Position numbers and translations under genes: made by a program
The notes under the pieces: generated by a model
The model's database searches: none
Seen by the model: the letters and a program-made list of their open reading frames with translations, nothing else
What the model was told of the DNA's origin: nothing
Shown: positions 16,529 through 24,000 of the stretch, piece after piece
How positions within the stretch are numbered: the stretch's first letter is position 1
Layout of the letters: each line of letters starts with the position of its first letter
Source: Bacillota bacterium
Lineage (GTDB): Bacteria > Bacillota > TC1 > UBA5767
Assembly: GCA_007121025.1 (NCBI GenBank)
Contig: SKMO01000184.1
Span: forward strand, 3,063-27,062
Reading direction: 5' to 3'
Length of the DNA: 24,000 nucleotides

Positions 16529-18598
16529 ATGGAAGCAAAACAAGCCACGCTAATGGGAAAAATGAACCGGAGCATGGATGTGATCCTTGCGTTTATTGTG
16601 GTGGCCATCATCAGCGTGATGATTCTGCCCATTTCGTCCGGGCTGCTGGATATCCTGCTGATCATCAACATCACGGTGAGCATCACCGTGCTCATGCTCA
16701 CTCTGTTCACGCAAAACATTCTGGAATTCTCGTCGTTTCCGACGCTTCTTCTGCTGCTGACCCTGTACCGGCTGGGACTGAATCTGGCGTCCACCAAACT
16801 GATTCTGGGACAGGGCGAGGCCGGCGAGGTGATCAACGCGTTCGCCGGATTCGTGGCCGCCGACAATTTCATTGTGGGAGCGGTGGTTTTTGTGATCATC
16901 ATTGTGATCCAGCTGCTGGTCATCACCAGCGGAGCCTCCCGGGTCTCAGAAGTGGGAGCCCGGTTTACCCTGGACGCCATGCCCGGAAAACAGATGGCCA
17001 TCGATGCGGATCTCAATGCCGGAATGATCGGGGAAGAAGAAGCCCGCCAGCGCAGGGAAAACATGCAGCGGGAAGCGGATTTTTACGGATCCATGGACGG
17101 TTCATCGAAGTTCGTCAAGGGAGACGCCATTGCGGGGATCGTCATCACGATCATCAACCTGGTGGGCGGGATTGCGATTTTCGTGGGACAGCGGGGCTTT
17201 ACCTTCGGGGAAGCCATCGACCGGTTTGGCCGTCTGACCATTGGAGACGGGCTGGTGTCCCAGATTCCCGCGGTCCTGATTTCGGTGTCCTCAGGGATTC
17301 TGGTGACCCGGGCGGCCAGTGATGCAGGATTTGGCAGCCAGCTGTCCGGTCAGCTGTTTGCCAAGTACAAAGTGATCATGGTTACTGCCTTTGTTCTGTT
17401 TTCCTTTTCCCTGGTGCCGGCGTTTCCCTTTATTCCTTTTTTTGTCATTGCGGTGATCTGCGGGTTGCTGGCCTTTTTCCTTTATACCGATGAAAAAAGC
17501 GAACTGGCCCGGGAAACGGCCCAGGAGGAACAGGCACAGACACAGATCAAAGCACCGGACACCACGGTGAGCACCAAGCATGTGGATACGCTGACCCTGG
17601 AGATCTCTTACGGGCTGCTTCCTCTGGTGGACGACACGGCCAGTGGTGACCTTCTGGAACGGATTCTGATGGTCCGCCGGCAGTGTGCGTCGGAGATGGG
17701 AATTGTCATACAGCCCATCCGGATCCGGGACAATCTGCAGCTGGGTCCCAGTGAATACACGATTCTTCTCCGGGGAAATCCAGTGGGTCGGGGGGAGATT
17801 CACGTAAACCGTTATCTGGTGATGGACCCGGGGAACGGGGATTTCCAGGTGGAAGGGATCGAAACCCAGGAACCAACCTTTGGCCTCAAGGCCCTTTGGG
17901 TGGAGGACGCAGAAAAAGACAAAGCGGAAATGTACGGATACACCGTTGTGGATCCAACCACCGTGCTGGTCACCCATTTGAAGGAAGTGATCACGACCCA
18001 CGCAGACGAGTTGCTGGGCCGTCAGGAAGTGCAGAAGATTCTCGACGACATCCGGGAAGACTACTCCGTGGTGATCGAAGAATTGATTCCAAACATTCTG
18101 AATCTGGGGGAAGTGCAGAAAGTGCTGCAGAATCTGCTGCGTGAGGATGTACCGGTGGTGGACATGGGAACCATTTTGGAAACGTTGGCGGATTACGGGC
18201 CCCTGACCAAGGATATCGAAGTTCTGACCGAGTATGTCCGCCACAGTCTGTCTCGGGCCATTGCCGGGCGGTACCTGACCCCGGACGGGAAGCTCTGTGT
18301 GCTGACGATCAGTTCGGCACTGGAGGAAATGGTCGCCGGACACATCCAAAAGTCCCTGCAGGGTTCCTATCCGGCTCTGGATCCGGAGAACACATCGCGG
18401 ATCCTGTCGGAAACCGGGCAACAACTGGAACGGGCGGCCATGGTGTGCGATTCCACGGTAATCCTGACGGCGCCAAAGATCCGGGCGGCACTGCGCAATC
18501 TGATTGCAGGAACCTTCCCGCGGACCGGGGTGTTGTCGCTCAATGAGATTCCCCAGCACGTGGACATTGAATCGGTAGGGATGGTGGACATGCAATGA
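16529..18598 (+). CDS. flhA: Flagellar export apparatus protein FlhA
   Basis: 689 aa with an N-terminal polytopic domain carrying FHIPEP-type motifs (VVFVIIIVIQLLVITSGASRVSEVGARFTLDAMPGKQMAIDADL). It has a large cytoplasmic C-terminal domain. Confidence 0.95.
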   Translation: MEAKQATLMGKMNRSMDVILAFIVVAIISVMILPISSGLLDILLIINITVSITVLMLTLFTQNILEFSSFPTLLLLLTLYRLGLNLASTKLILGQGEAGEVINAFAGFVAADNFIVGAVVFVIIIVIQLLVITSGASRVSEVGARFTLDAMPGKQMAIDADLNAGMIGEEEARQRRENMQREADFYGSMDGSSKFVKGDAIAGIVITIINLVGGIAIFVGQRGFTFGEAIDRFGRLTIGDGLVSQIPAVLISVSSGILVTRAASDAGFGSQLSGQLFAKYKVIMVTAFVLFSFSLVPAFPFIPFFVIAVICGLLAFFLYTDEKSELARETAQEEQAQTQIKAPDTTVSTKHVDTLTLEISYGLLPLVDDTASGDLLERILMVRRQCASEMGIVIQPIRIRDNLQLGPSEYTILLRGNPVGRGEIHVNRYLVMDPGNGDFQVEGIETQEPTFGLKALWVEDAEKDKAEMYGYTVVDPTTVLVTHLKEVITTHADELLGRQEVQKILDDIREDYSVVIEELIPNILNLGEVQKVLQNLLREDVPVVDMGTILETLADYGPLTKDIEVLTEYVRHSLSRAIAGRYLTPDGKLCVLTISSALEEMVAGHIQKSLQGSYPALDPENTSRILSETGQQLERAAMVCDSTVILTAPKIRAALRNLIAGTFPRTGVLSLNEIPQHVDIESVGMVDMQ

Positions 18599-19689
18599 TC
18601 ATCAAAAAGTATCTTGTACGGGACATGGAAGAAGCGGTCCGCCGGGCAAAACTGGAGCTGGGAAACGATGCGATCATTGTCACCCAGCGGCGTGTTCGGG
18701 ACAAAGGACTGGCCGGCCTGGTCCGCCCCCGGCTTCTGGAGGTGACCATGGCTGTGGAGAGCGAGGAAAACCGGCCGTCTGCCCGTAAGCGAACATCAGG
18801 GAAAGCGGCTGTACCACAGACGTCCTGCCCCCCGGAGGCAAGTGGTGCAACGGCGGTTCCTGCGGACAAGGTGCGGGAGCGCTCAACCGGGCCGGTGGAA
18901 GCCGTCCGCAGGACCCTTCCTGAGGATGAGCAGATGCGTGCCTATATTCTCGGACGGATTCAGACCCTGGAAGAGTACCGGATCTTCAATGCATCGGTGA
19001 GCAACGGCCGGCTGGAAGATTCGCAGATGCTTCCGGTGTTTATCTCCCACTACCTCAGGGAACAGTTGGACGGCCGGAAGTATGACAATTTCATGCATGA
19101 ACGGGCTGTGGCGTTTCTTGGGTCCACGGGGGTGGGAAAGACCACGACAATTGCGAAAATTGCGGCCACCGCCAAACTGCGGTATGGGAAGAAAGTGGGG
19201 TTCATCACCATTGACACGTACCGGATCGGTGCGGTGGAACAACTGAAAATTTACAGTGACATCATGGATGTGCCCATGGAAAAAGTGATGGAACCGCAGG
19301 ACATGCCAAAAGCATTGGAACGTTTGGCCGATTGCGATCTGATTCTCATTGATACACTGGGCACCAGCTACCGCAACCGGGAACAGCTGGACAACATCCA
19401 GCAGTACCTCAAGGGACTGGAGGAGATCCGTAAAACCGTGGTTCTCAATACGACCATGGATCTGGCTGTGTTTGAGCGGGCGTTGGACACCTATAAACAG
19501 TACGATGTGGACTACACCATTTTTACGAAACTCGATGAAATGGACAACCCCTATCGGTTGCTGGAATATCTGGACCGGAACCAGGCCCCACTGGCGTACA
19601 TCTGCACCGGGCAGTCTGTGCCCGATGACCTGCAGGAAGCCAGCGGAGATGGCCTTCTTTCCTATCTTTGGAAGGAGGGACAGGCGTGA
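18595..19689 (+). CDS. flhF: Flagellar SRP-type GTPase FlhF
   Basis: G1 motif GSTGVGKTTTIAKIA, then LIDTLGTS and TKLDE motifs. The basic/low-complexity N-terminal region is typical of FlhF. It has an ATGA overlap with flhA. Confidence 0.92.
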   Translation: MIIKKYLVRDMEEAVRRAKLELGNDAIIVTQRRVRDKGLAGLVRPRLLEVTMAVESEENRPSARKRTSGKAAVPQTSCPPEASGATAVPADKVRERSTGPVEAVRRTLPEDEQMRAYILGRIQTLEEYRIFNASVSNGRLEDSQMLPVFISHYLREQLDGRKYDNFMHERAVAFLGSTGVGKTTTIAKIAATAKLRYGKKVGFITIDTYRIGAVEQLKIYSDIMDVPMEKVMEPQDMPKALERLADCDLILIDTLGTSYRNREQLDNIQQYLKGLEEIRKTVVLNTTMDLAVFERALDTYKQYDVDYTIFTKLDEMDNPYRLLEYLDRNQAPLAYICTGQSVPDDLQEASGDGLLSYLWKEGQA

Positions 19690-20540
19690 AAGACCAGGCG
19701 CACAATCTTAAGCAACTCCTGTTTGACGGGCCGGCCCGGGAGCCGCAAGTCACGGTGTATGCGGTGGTCAGTGGGAAAGGAGGCGTGGGGAAGTCCAATA
19801 TTTCCCTGAATTTGGCCCTGGAGATGCACCGGTGTGGCCGTCGCGTTCTGCTGATCGACGGGGACACCGGAATGGCCAATCTGGACATCCTGGCTGGAGT
19901 GGCCGGGCGGCACTCTATGATCAATTATTTCGAGGATGAACTTCCGTTGGAAGACATACTGATCGAGATCCAACCGGGGTTCCACCTGCTTCCCGGGGGC
20001 AGCGGTCTGTCCGGGCTGCAGAGCCAGAGCCGGGAGGAAATCCGCTCCTTTGTGGACGACCTGATGGGACGGTCCTACGATGTGATCCTGATTGATGCGG
20101 GAGCCGGGGTGAACGCAAAGCTGCTGTCTTTTGTGTCGTTCTCCCATGAACTGATCCTGGTGACCGTTCCGGAACCCACCGCCATGGCGGACGCCTACAG
20201 TCTGGCCAAGATTCTGTCGGTGTACAGCATCAAAGAGGAGGTCGGGGTGGTGATCAATCAGGTGTCGGGACGCCGGGAAGCGTTGGAGACCTATGAGAGG
20301 CTGGAGAAAGTGATCACCACGTTTCTCAACTTGAAGGTGCGTTTTCTGGGATACATCTCCAGTGATCCGAAAGTCCGCCGGGCCGTGAATCTGCAGCGTC
20401 CGTTCTCAGAGGCGTTTCCGTCATCGGCAGCCAGCCGGGACATCGGTGAGCTCTGCAGTGTTCTGCTGGATGGAGCACAGATCCGTCGGACAGGGACACT
20501 GGCCGACACGGTGAGCCGCTTTATGAAGGTATTCAGCTGA
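19686..20540 (+). CDS. flhG: MinD/ParA-type ATPase FlhG (FleN/YlxH)
   Basis: Deviant Walker A VVSGKGGVGKSNIS. GTG 19686 overlaps the flhF stop (GTGA) and follows the SD GGAAGGAGGGA. The track start (TTG 19668) lies inside that SD. Confidence 0.9.
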   Translation: MKDQAHNLKQLLFDGPAREPQVTVYAVVSGKGGVGKSNISLNLALEMHRCGRRVLLIDGDTGMANLDILAGVAGRHSMINYFEDELPLEDILIEIQPGFHLLPGGSGLSGLQSQSREEIRSFVDDLMGRSYDVILIDAGAGVNAKLLSFVSFSHELILVTVPEPTAMADAYSLAKILSVYSIKEEVGVVINQVSGRREALETYERLEKVITTFLNLKVRFLGYISSDPKVRRAVNLQRPFSEAFPSSAASRDIGELCSVLLDGAQIRRTGTLADTVSRFMKVFS

Positions 20541-20553
20541 GCAGGGAGGCATC

Positions 20554-21240
20554 ATGAATAGACAGGACAACGTCCCCATTCGGGTGAACGATAAAATTGA
20601 GATCAAAGTACAGGAGGGCCTGGTGGCCAACAGCCTGATCCAGGAAGTGGAAGACGATTTTATCGGGATCACGGTTCCTGTTTACAAGGGGCAGTACAAA
20701 TTCTTGGAGCGCGACGGGACCTACGAGGCCATTGTCTACCAGAAACAAAAGACGTTGGGATTGAAGATCCAGATTACTGGAAAAATTTCGGGGAATGTGC
20801 CCCTGTACCGGGTCAGGATCCTCAAGGATTTGGGGACGGTACAGCGTCGGGATCATGTCAGGGTGCCCGCAAACCTGCCGTTTCGTTATGCCTCCAACAA
20901 AAATCTGATGAACCTGCAGTTTGCCCAGGAACATTTCGGGTCCTACCAGCGGCAACTGTCCAAGTACCTGGAAGAGGGGATTGTTTTGGACATCAGTGCC
21001 GGGGGGATCAACTTTTCAACCCAGGAAAAATTGCAGATCGGCAGTGAGATACTGATGTTTATCGATGCTGAGGATCTACGGTTTATGGGTAGAGGGCAGA
21101 TCCGCCATCACCGGTATGCAGACCAGGGTCCCAAACCGGTGAACCATTACGGCGTGCAGTTCGTGGGACTGGATTTCAAGACACAGGACGCCATTGTGAA
21201 ACACGTGTTCAGGATGATGAGAAAGGCCAGGGAATATTGA
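20554..21240 (+). CDS. PilZ-domain protein, YcgR/MotI-like flagellar brake candidate (c-di-GMP receptor)
   Basis: The PilZ signatures are RRDHVR (RxxxR, aa 98-103, nt 20845-20862) and DISAGG (DxSxxG, aa 146-151, nt 20989-21006). An N-terminal beta-rich PilZN-like half precedes them. SD is GGGAGG. The gene lies between flhG and fliA. Confidence 0.85.
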   Translation: MNRQDNVPIRVNDKIEIKVQEGLVANSLIQEVEDDFIGITVPVYKGQYKFLERDGTYEAIVYQKQKTLGLKIQITGKISGNVPLYRVRILKDLGTVQRRDHVRVPANLPFRYASNKNLMNLQFAQEHFGSYQRQLSKYLEEGIVLDISAGGINFSTQEKLQIGSEILMFIDAEDLRFMGRGQIRHHRYADQGPKPVNHYGVQFVGLDFKTQDAIVKHVFRMMRKAREY

Positions 21241-21986
21241 TGCGCGACAGTTCAACGAACGTTGATTACAGAAACAAAGAAGACATGATTCTGCGGCATA
21301 TGCCCCTGGTTAAAAAAGTGGTGGACAGGATCGAATTTTCGGCTACGGACATGGACCGGGATGACCTGTTGAGCATTGGCATGATCGGCCTGATGGATGC
21401 CGTCGACAAATTCGATGCGGGAAAAGGGGTTCCCTTTGAAAGTTATGCGCGGGTCCGGATCAAGGGTACGATCATTGATGAGCTCCGGAGGGCAGGGAAG
21501 GTGTCGCGCAACCGGATTCGTGATTTGAATCAGTTCTACGAGGAGAAGGCTGCGCTCGAACAGGAACTGATGCGCACCCCCACCGATGAGGAAATCAGCC
21601 AGCGGATGGGCATTGGGGCCAGGGAGCTTGGAAAGATCCACGAGACCGTGAACATCCTGCCGACGGTTTCCCTGGAAAACGCGCTTTTTTCCGCAGACCG
21701 GCAGCAAAGTCTCCACGGTTGCCTGGAGGATCGTCATGCCCTTTCGCCAGAGTCACATCTGCTCGCCGGAGAAACCCGGCAGATGCTGCGTCAGGCCCTT
21801 GGATCACTCAAGGACAGGGAACGGGCGGTTCTCAACATGTATTACACCGAAGAACTGACACTGAAGGAAATCGCCTATGTTTTGGATGTCTCTGTCCCAC
21901 GGGTCTCTCAGATTCACAGCCGGATACTGATGAAACTTCGGGAAGAAATGGAACGACTGCAGCGGGAGGACCGTGACGGATGTTGA
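21240..21986 (+). CDS. fliA: Flagellar sigma factor FliA/SigD (sigma-28)
   Basis: Region 2 reads DDLLSIGMIGLMDAVDKFD..FESYARVRIKGTIIDELR. The region 4 HTH reads LTLKEIAYVLDVSVPRVSQIHSRIL. ATG 21240 overlaps the PilZ gene stop (TGATG). TTG 21237 is the track start. Confidence 0.92.
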   Translation: MRDSSTNVDYRNKEDMILRHMPLVKKVVDRIEFSATDMDRDDLLSIGMIGLMDAVDKFDAGKGVPFESYARVRIKGTIIDELRRAGKVSRNRIRDLNQFYEEKAALEQELMRTPTDEEISQRMGIGARELGKIHETVNILPTVSLENALFSADRQQSLHGCLEDRHALSPESHLLAGETRQMLRQALGSLKDRERAVLNMYYTEELTLKEIAYVLDVSVPRVSQIHSRILMKLREEMERLQREDRDGC

Positions 21987-22363
21987 TTGGTGTGATGGTG
22001 CTGGGTGGCTGTCTGGTGGGGGCAGGAATGCTTCTGGCCCAGCGGGAATTGTATGACAGTGAGCGGATTCATTTTAACAATCGGGTTAATTTTTTCCAGT
22101 TGTATGCCGATAAGGTTGATGAACGGCTGGGACACATTGAAGCGAGTCTGAACCGGATGCTGGAAACCGTCCAGGAAGGGCGGACAGACCTGCCGGGAGA
22201 AGCGGTGCCAAAAGGGCCGGCCCGGGTGGCACCGCAGTACCACGCCCGGATGGAAGAGATCAACCGTCTGGCCGACGAGGGACTGACCTTTGACCAGATT
22301 GCCAAGAAAATGAAGATGAACAAGGGGGAAGTCCAATTATTACGCAATCTTTCAAGAGGCTGA
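21980..22363 (+). CDS. Small membrane-anchored protein with a C-terminal HTH-like motif, uncharacterised
   Basis: 127 aa with an N-terminal TM (MLIGVMVLGGCLVGAGMLLA) and a helical middle. The C-terminus reads EEINRLADEGLTFDQIAKKMKMNKGEVQLLRNL. The SD GGGAGGA lies 9 nt upstream and the start overlaps the fliA stop. Confidence 0.7.
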   Translation: MLIGVMVLGGCLVGAGMLLAQRELYDSERIHFNNRVNFFQLYADKVDERLGHIEASLNRMLETVQEGRTDLPGEAVPKGPARVAPQYHARMEEINRLADEGLTFDQIAKKMKMNKGEVQLLRNLSRG

Positions 22364-22536
22364 TGGGAACCCGGGGCTTTGCCCTGATGGCTTTTGGCCT
22401 GGGCCTCATGGTGGGGGCCCTGTTGATGTATCTGAACCTGACGTCTCCGACAGTGGTCGAACGAAACGCCAGGGACCTGGGCATGGTGATGCCCCATGAA
22501 ACAGGAACCATAATGGAACAGGAGGGACTCAAATGA
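22363..22536 (+). CDS. 57-aa small membrane protein (not in the supplied ORF track)
   Basis: My own translation is MGTRGFALMAFGLGLMVGALLMYLNLTSPTVVERNARDLGMVMPHETGTIMEQEGLK. The ATG overlaps the upstream stop (TGATG) and the stop overlaps the next start (ATGA). It has one TM helix and exactly fills an otherwise 170-nt gap in a gap-free operon. Confidence 0.6.
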   Translation: MGTRGFALMAFGLGLMVGALLMYLNLTSPTVVERNARDLGMVMPHETGTIMEQEGLK

Positions 22537-23291
22537 TCCGCAGTCTGTATAACACCGGAATGGGAATGCTGGTTTTGCAAAAACAGCAGGAAACCGTCTC
22601 CAACAATCTGGCCAATGTGGAAACCCCGTCATATAAAAGCCGGGAACTTCTGATGGAAGCGGCCTTTTCGGAAACGGTGGTCAACCATGCCCAGGGACGC
22701 AGGAATGTGCTGGGCAGCCTGAATCTCGGTACCCGGGTGGGAGGACTGCACACGGATCTGGACCAGGGAGTGCTGACGGCAACCGGAAGCTCTCTCGACG
22801 TTGCACTTCAGGGAACGGGTTTTTTCCAGATTCAGACCCCCGATGGACAGGTGTTGAGCCGAAATGGACGGTTTCATCTCAGTGAGAACGGCGTTCTCGT
22901 GGATGAAGGGAACAACCCGGTGCTGGCCATCGACGGAACGGGAGATCTGGTGCCGGTGCCGGTGGAGAGCCCGGAGGGTTTGTCAATCGGAGCAGATGGC
23001 GCGCTGACTGGAAGTGACGGGGCGGCTTACCGGCTGTCCTTGGTGGATGTGACCGATCCGGGGGAGCTGGTCTCTCTGGATGACGGGTACTTTGGGACCG
23101 GGATTGGCAACCTGGAACCGGCCGCGGGAACGGTGGTCCGGCAGGGATTCTATGAGCGGTCCAACGTGGATGTGACAGATGGGCTGATCCGGCTGATGAA
23201 CAACACAGCCATGATGGGTGCCAACGGACGGGTGCTGACCACACTGGATGAAACACTGTCCCGGGCGGTCAATGAAATCGGAAAGCTGTAG
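22533..23291 (+). CDS. Flagellar basal-body rod protein (FlgF/FlgG family, FlhO-like)
   Basis: Rod-family N-terminus MIRSLYNTGMGMLVLQKQQETVSNNLANVETPSYK and C-terminus ERSNVDVTDGLIRLMNNTAMMGANGRVL. SD is GGAGGGA. Confidence 0.88.
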   Translation: MIRSLYNTGMGMLVLQKQQETVSNNLANVETPSYKSRELLMEAAFSETVVNHAQGRRNVLGSLNLGTRVGGLHTDLDQGVLTATGSSLDVALQGTGFFQIQTPDGQVLSRNGRFHLSENGVLVDEGNNPVLAIDGTGDLVPVPVESPEGLSIGADGALTGSDGAAYRLSLVDVTDPGELVSLDDGYFGTGIGNLEPAAGTVVRQGFYERSNVDVTDGLIRLMNNTAMMGANGRVLTTLDETLSRAVNEIGKL

Positions 23292-23301
23292 GAGGACGCC
23301 A

Positions 23302-24000
23302 ATGAATAAGACGATGGACATTGGACGTAGCGGCATGCAGGCCCACAGCATCCGGGTGGACCGGATTGCCCAGAACATGGCCAACCTGGAGACCCGCGGA
23401 TACAAAAGGGCAGAAACGACATTCGGACAGCTGGTGCGAAACGCCATGCAATCGGATTCGGTGGCCCTGAGTGAAGATCTTCCGGAAGACCAGCGTTTCG
23501 GAGGCAGTGGGGTTATGGCGCTGCGAAGCCTGACAGATTTTCGCCAGGGGCCGGTGGAGCCCACGGGTCATCCGCTGCATCTGGCCATTGAGGGACCGGG
23601 GTTTTTTGGGGTTCGCGATCCACAGGGCACCCTGCTTATGACCCGGCAGGGAGACTTTCGGCAGGACGCAACCGGCCGGATTGTCGACCCTTCGGGCTAT
23701 TTACTTGACATCGACCCGCTGCCGGGACAGACACTGGAGATCGCCCCGGGCACCCTTCTTTCCATGGACGAAGAAGGCACTGTCCTTGCCGGAGAAGGCC
23801 AGGAAAAAACGCCTGTTGGGACCCTGATGCTTTATGGGGTCACCGATCCCAACATGATGTTGGTCCGGGAGGGCTATTACACCGTTGACAATGAGGATCT
23901 GCTGATCCGGTCGGCGGAGGAACCGGAGGCCTTTGGGCAGTTGCGTACCGGACAGCTGGAACGGTCAAACGTGGATCTGCTGCAGGAAATGACGGACATG
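23302..24000 (+). CDS. Flagellar basal-body rod protein (FlgG family, FlhP-like); 3' end beyond window
   Basis: My own translation starts MNKTMDIGRSGMQAHSIRVDRIAQNMANLETRGYKR and is still open at 24000, ending ...LERSNVDLLQEMTDM, the rod-family C-terminal motif. The SD GGAGGA lies at 23291-23296. It is absent from the track because no stop falls in the window. Confidence 0.85.
   Translation, partial: MNKTMDIGRSGMQAHSIRVDRIAQNMANLETRGYKRAETTFGQLVRNAMQSDSVALSEDLPEDQRFGGSGVMALRSLTDFRQGPVEPTGHPLHLAIEGPGFFGVRDPQGTLLMTRQGDFRQDATGRIVDPSGYLLDIDPLPGQTLEIAPGTLLSMDEEGTVLAGEGQEKTPVGTLMLYGVTDPNMMLVREGYYTVDNEDLLIRSAEEPEAFGQLRTGQLERSNVDLLQEMTDM

Noticed and set aside
15266-18595. Reverse-strand ORFs of 425 aa (15266-16543) and 434 aa (17291-18595)
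   Set aside because: They are antisense to flhB and flhA. Their H/Q/G/P/R-rich composition is typical of the antisense frame of GC-rich genes.
1-24000. CRISPR arrays, tRNA/rRNA genes, toxin-antitoxin or defence-like cassettes
   Set aside because: I saw no regularly spaced repeats, no tRNA-like cloverleaf candidates in the short intergenic regions, and no non-flagellar gene cassettes. Every sizeable forward ORF after 1258 is assignable to the flagellar system or is a small operon-embedded ORF.

Overview
Nearly the whole window (1258 to 24000, + strand) is one tightly packed flagellar hook-basal-body/export/motor operon from a GC-rich Firmicute. Gene order is flgB-flgC-fliE-fliF-fliG-fliH-fliI-fliJ-fliK-flgD-(small flagellar-operon protein)-flgE-flbD-motA-motB-fliL-fliO-fliP-fliQ-fliR-flhB-flhA-flhF-flhG-pilZ(ycgR-like)-fliA-(two small membrane ORFs)-two rod genes, the last running off the window. 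From memory this matches the Clostridia-type layout rather than the Bacillus fla/che layout: motAB sit inside the operon and there is no fliM/fliY/cheY between fliL and fliO. Many junctions have overlapping stop/start codons (ATGA, GTGA, TGATG), consistent with translational coupling. The 5' end holds the 3' part of a transposase-like zinc-ribbon/HTH ORF, closed by a perfect 16-bp hairpin. An AT-rich 450-bp leader follows, containing an 18-bp perfect direct repeat and a clear c-di-GMP-I (GEMM-I) riboswitch aptamer just upstream of flgB. The points most worth a second look are regulatory. First, c-di-GMP input appears at two levels, a riboswitch in the leader and a PilZ brake-type protein encoded in the operon. 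Second, a 57-codon ORF absent from the ORF track is wedged between overlapping start/stop codons. Third, a TM plus HTH-like protein follows fliA. Fourth, an atypical 110-nt spacer with no Shine-Dalgarno (SD) sequence separates fliR and flhB. I see no CRISPR array, rRNA/tRNA, defence-like genes or clearly novel multi-gene system. Apart from these items this is an ordinary, well-conserved flagellar locus. The long reverse-strand ORFs in the track are antisense artefacts of GC-rich coding sequence.
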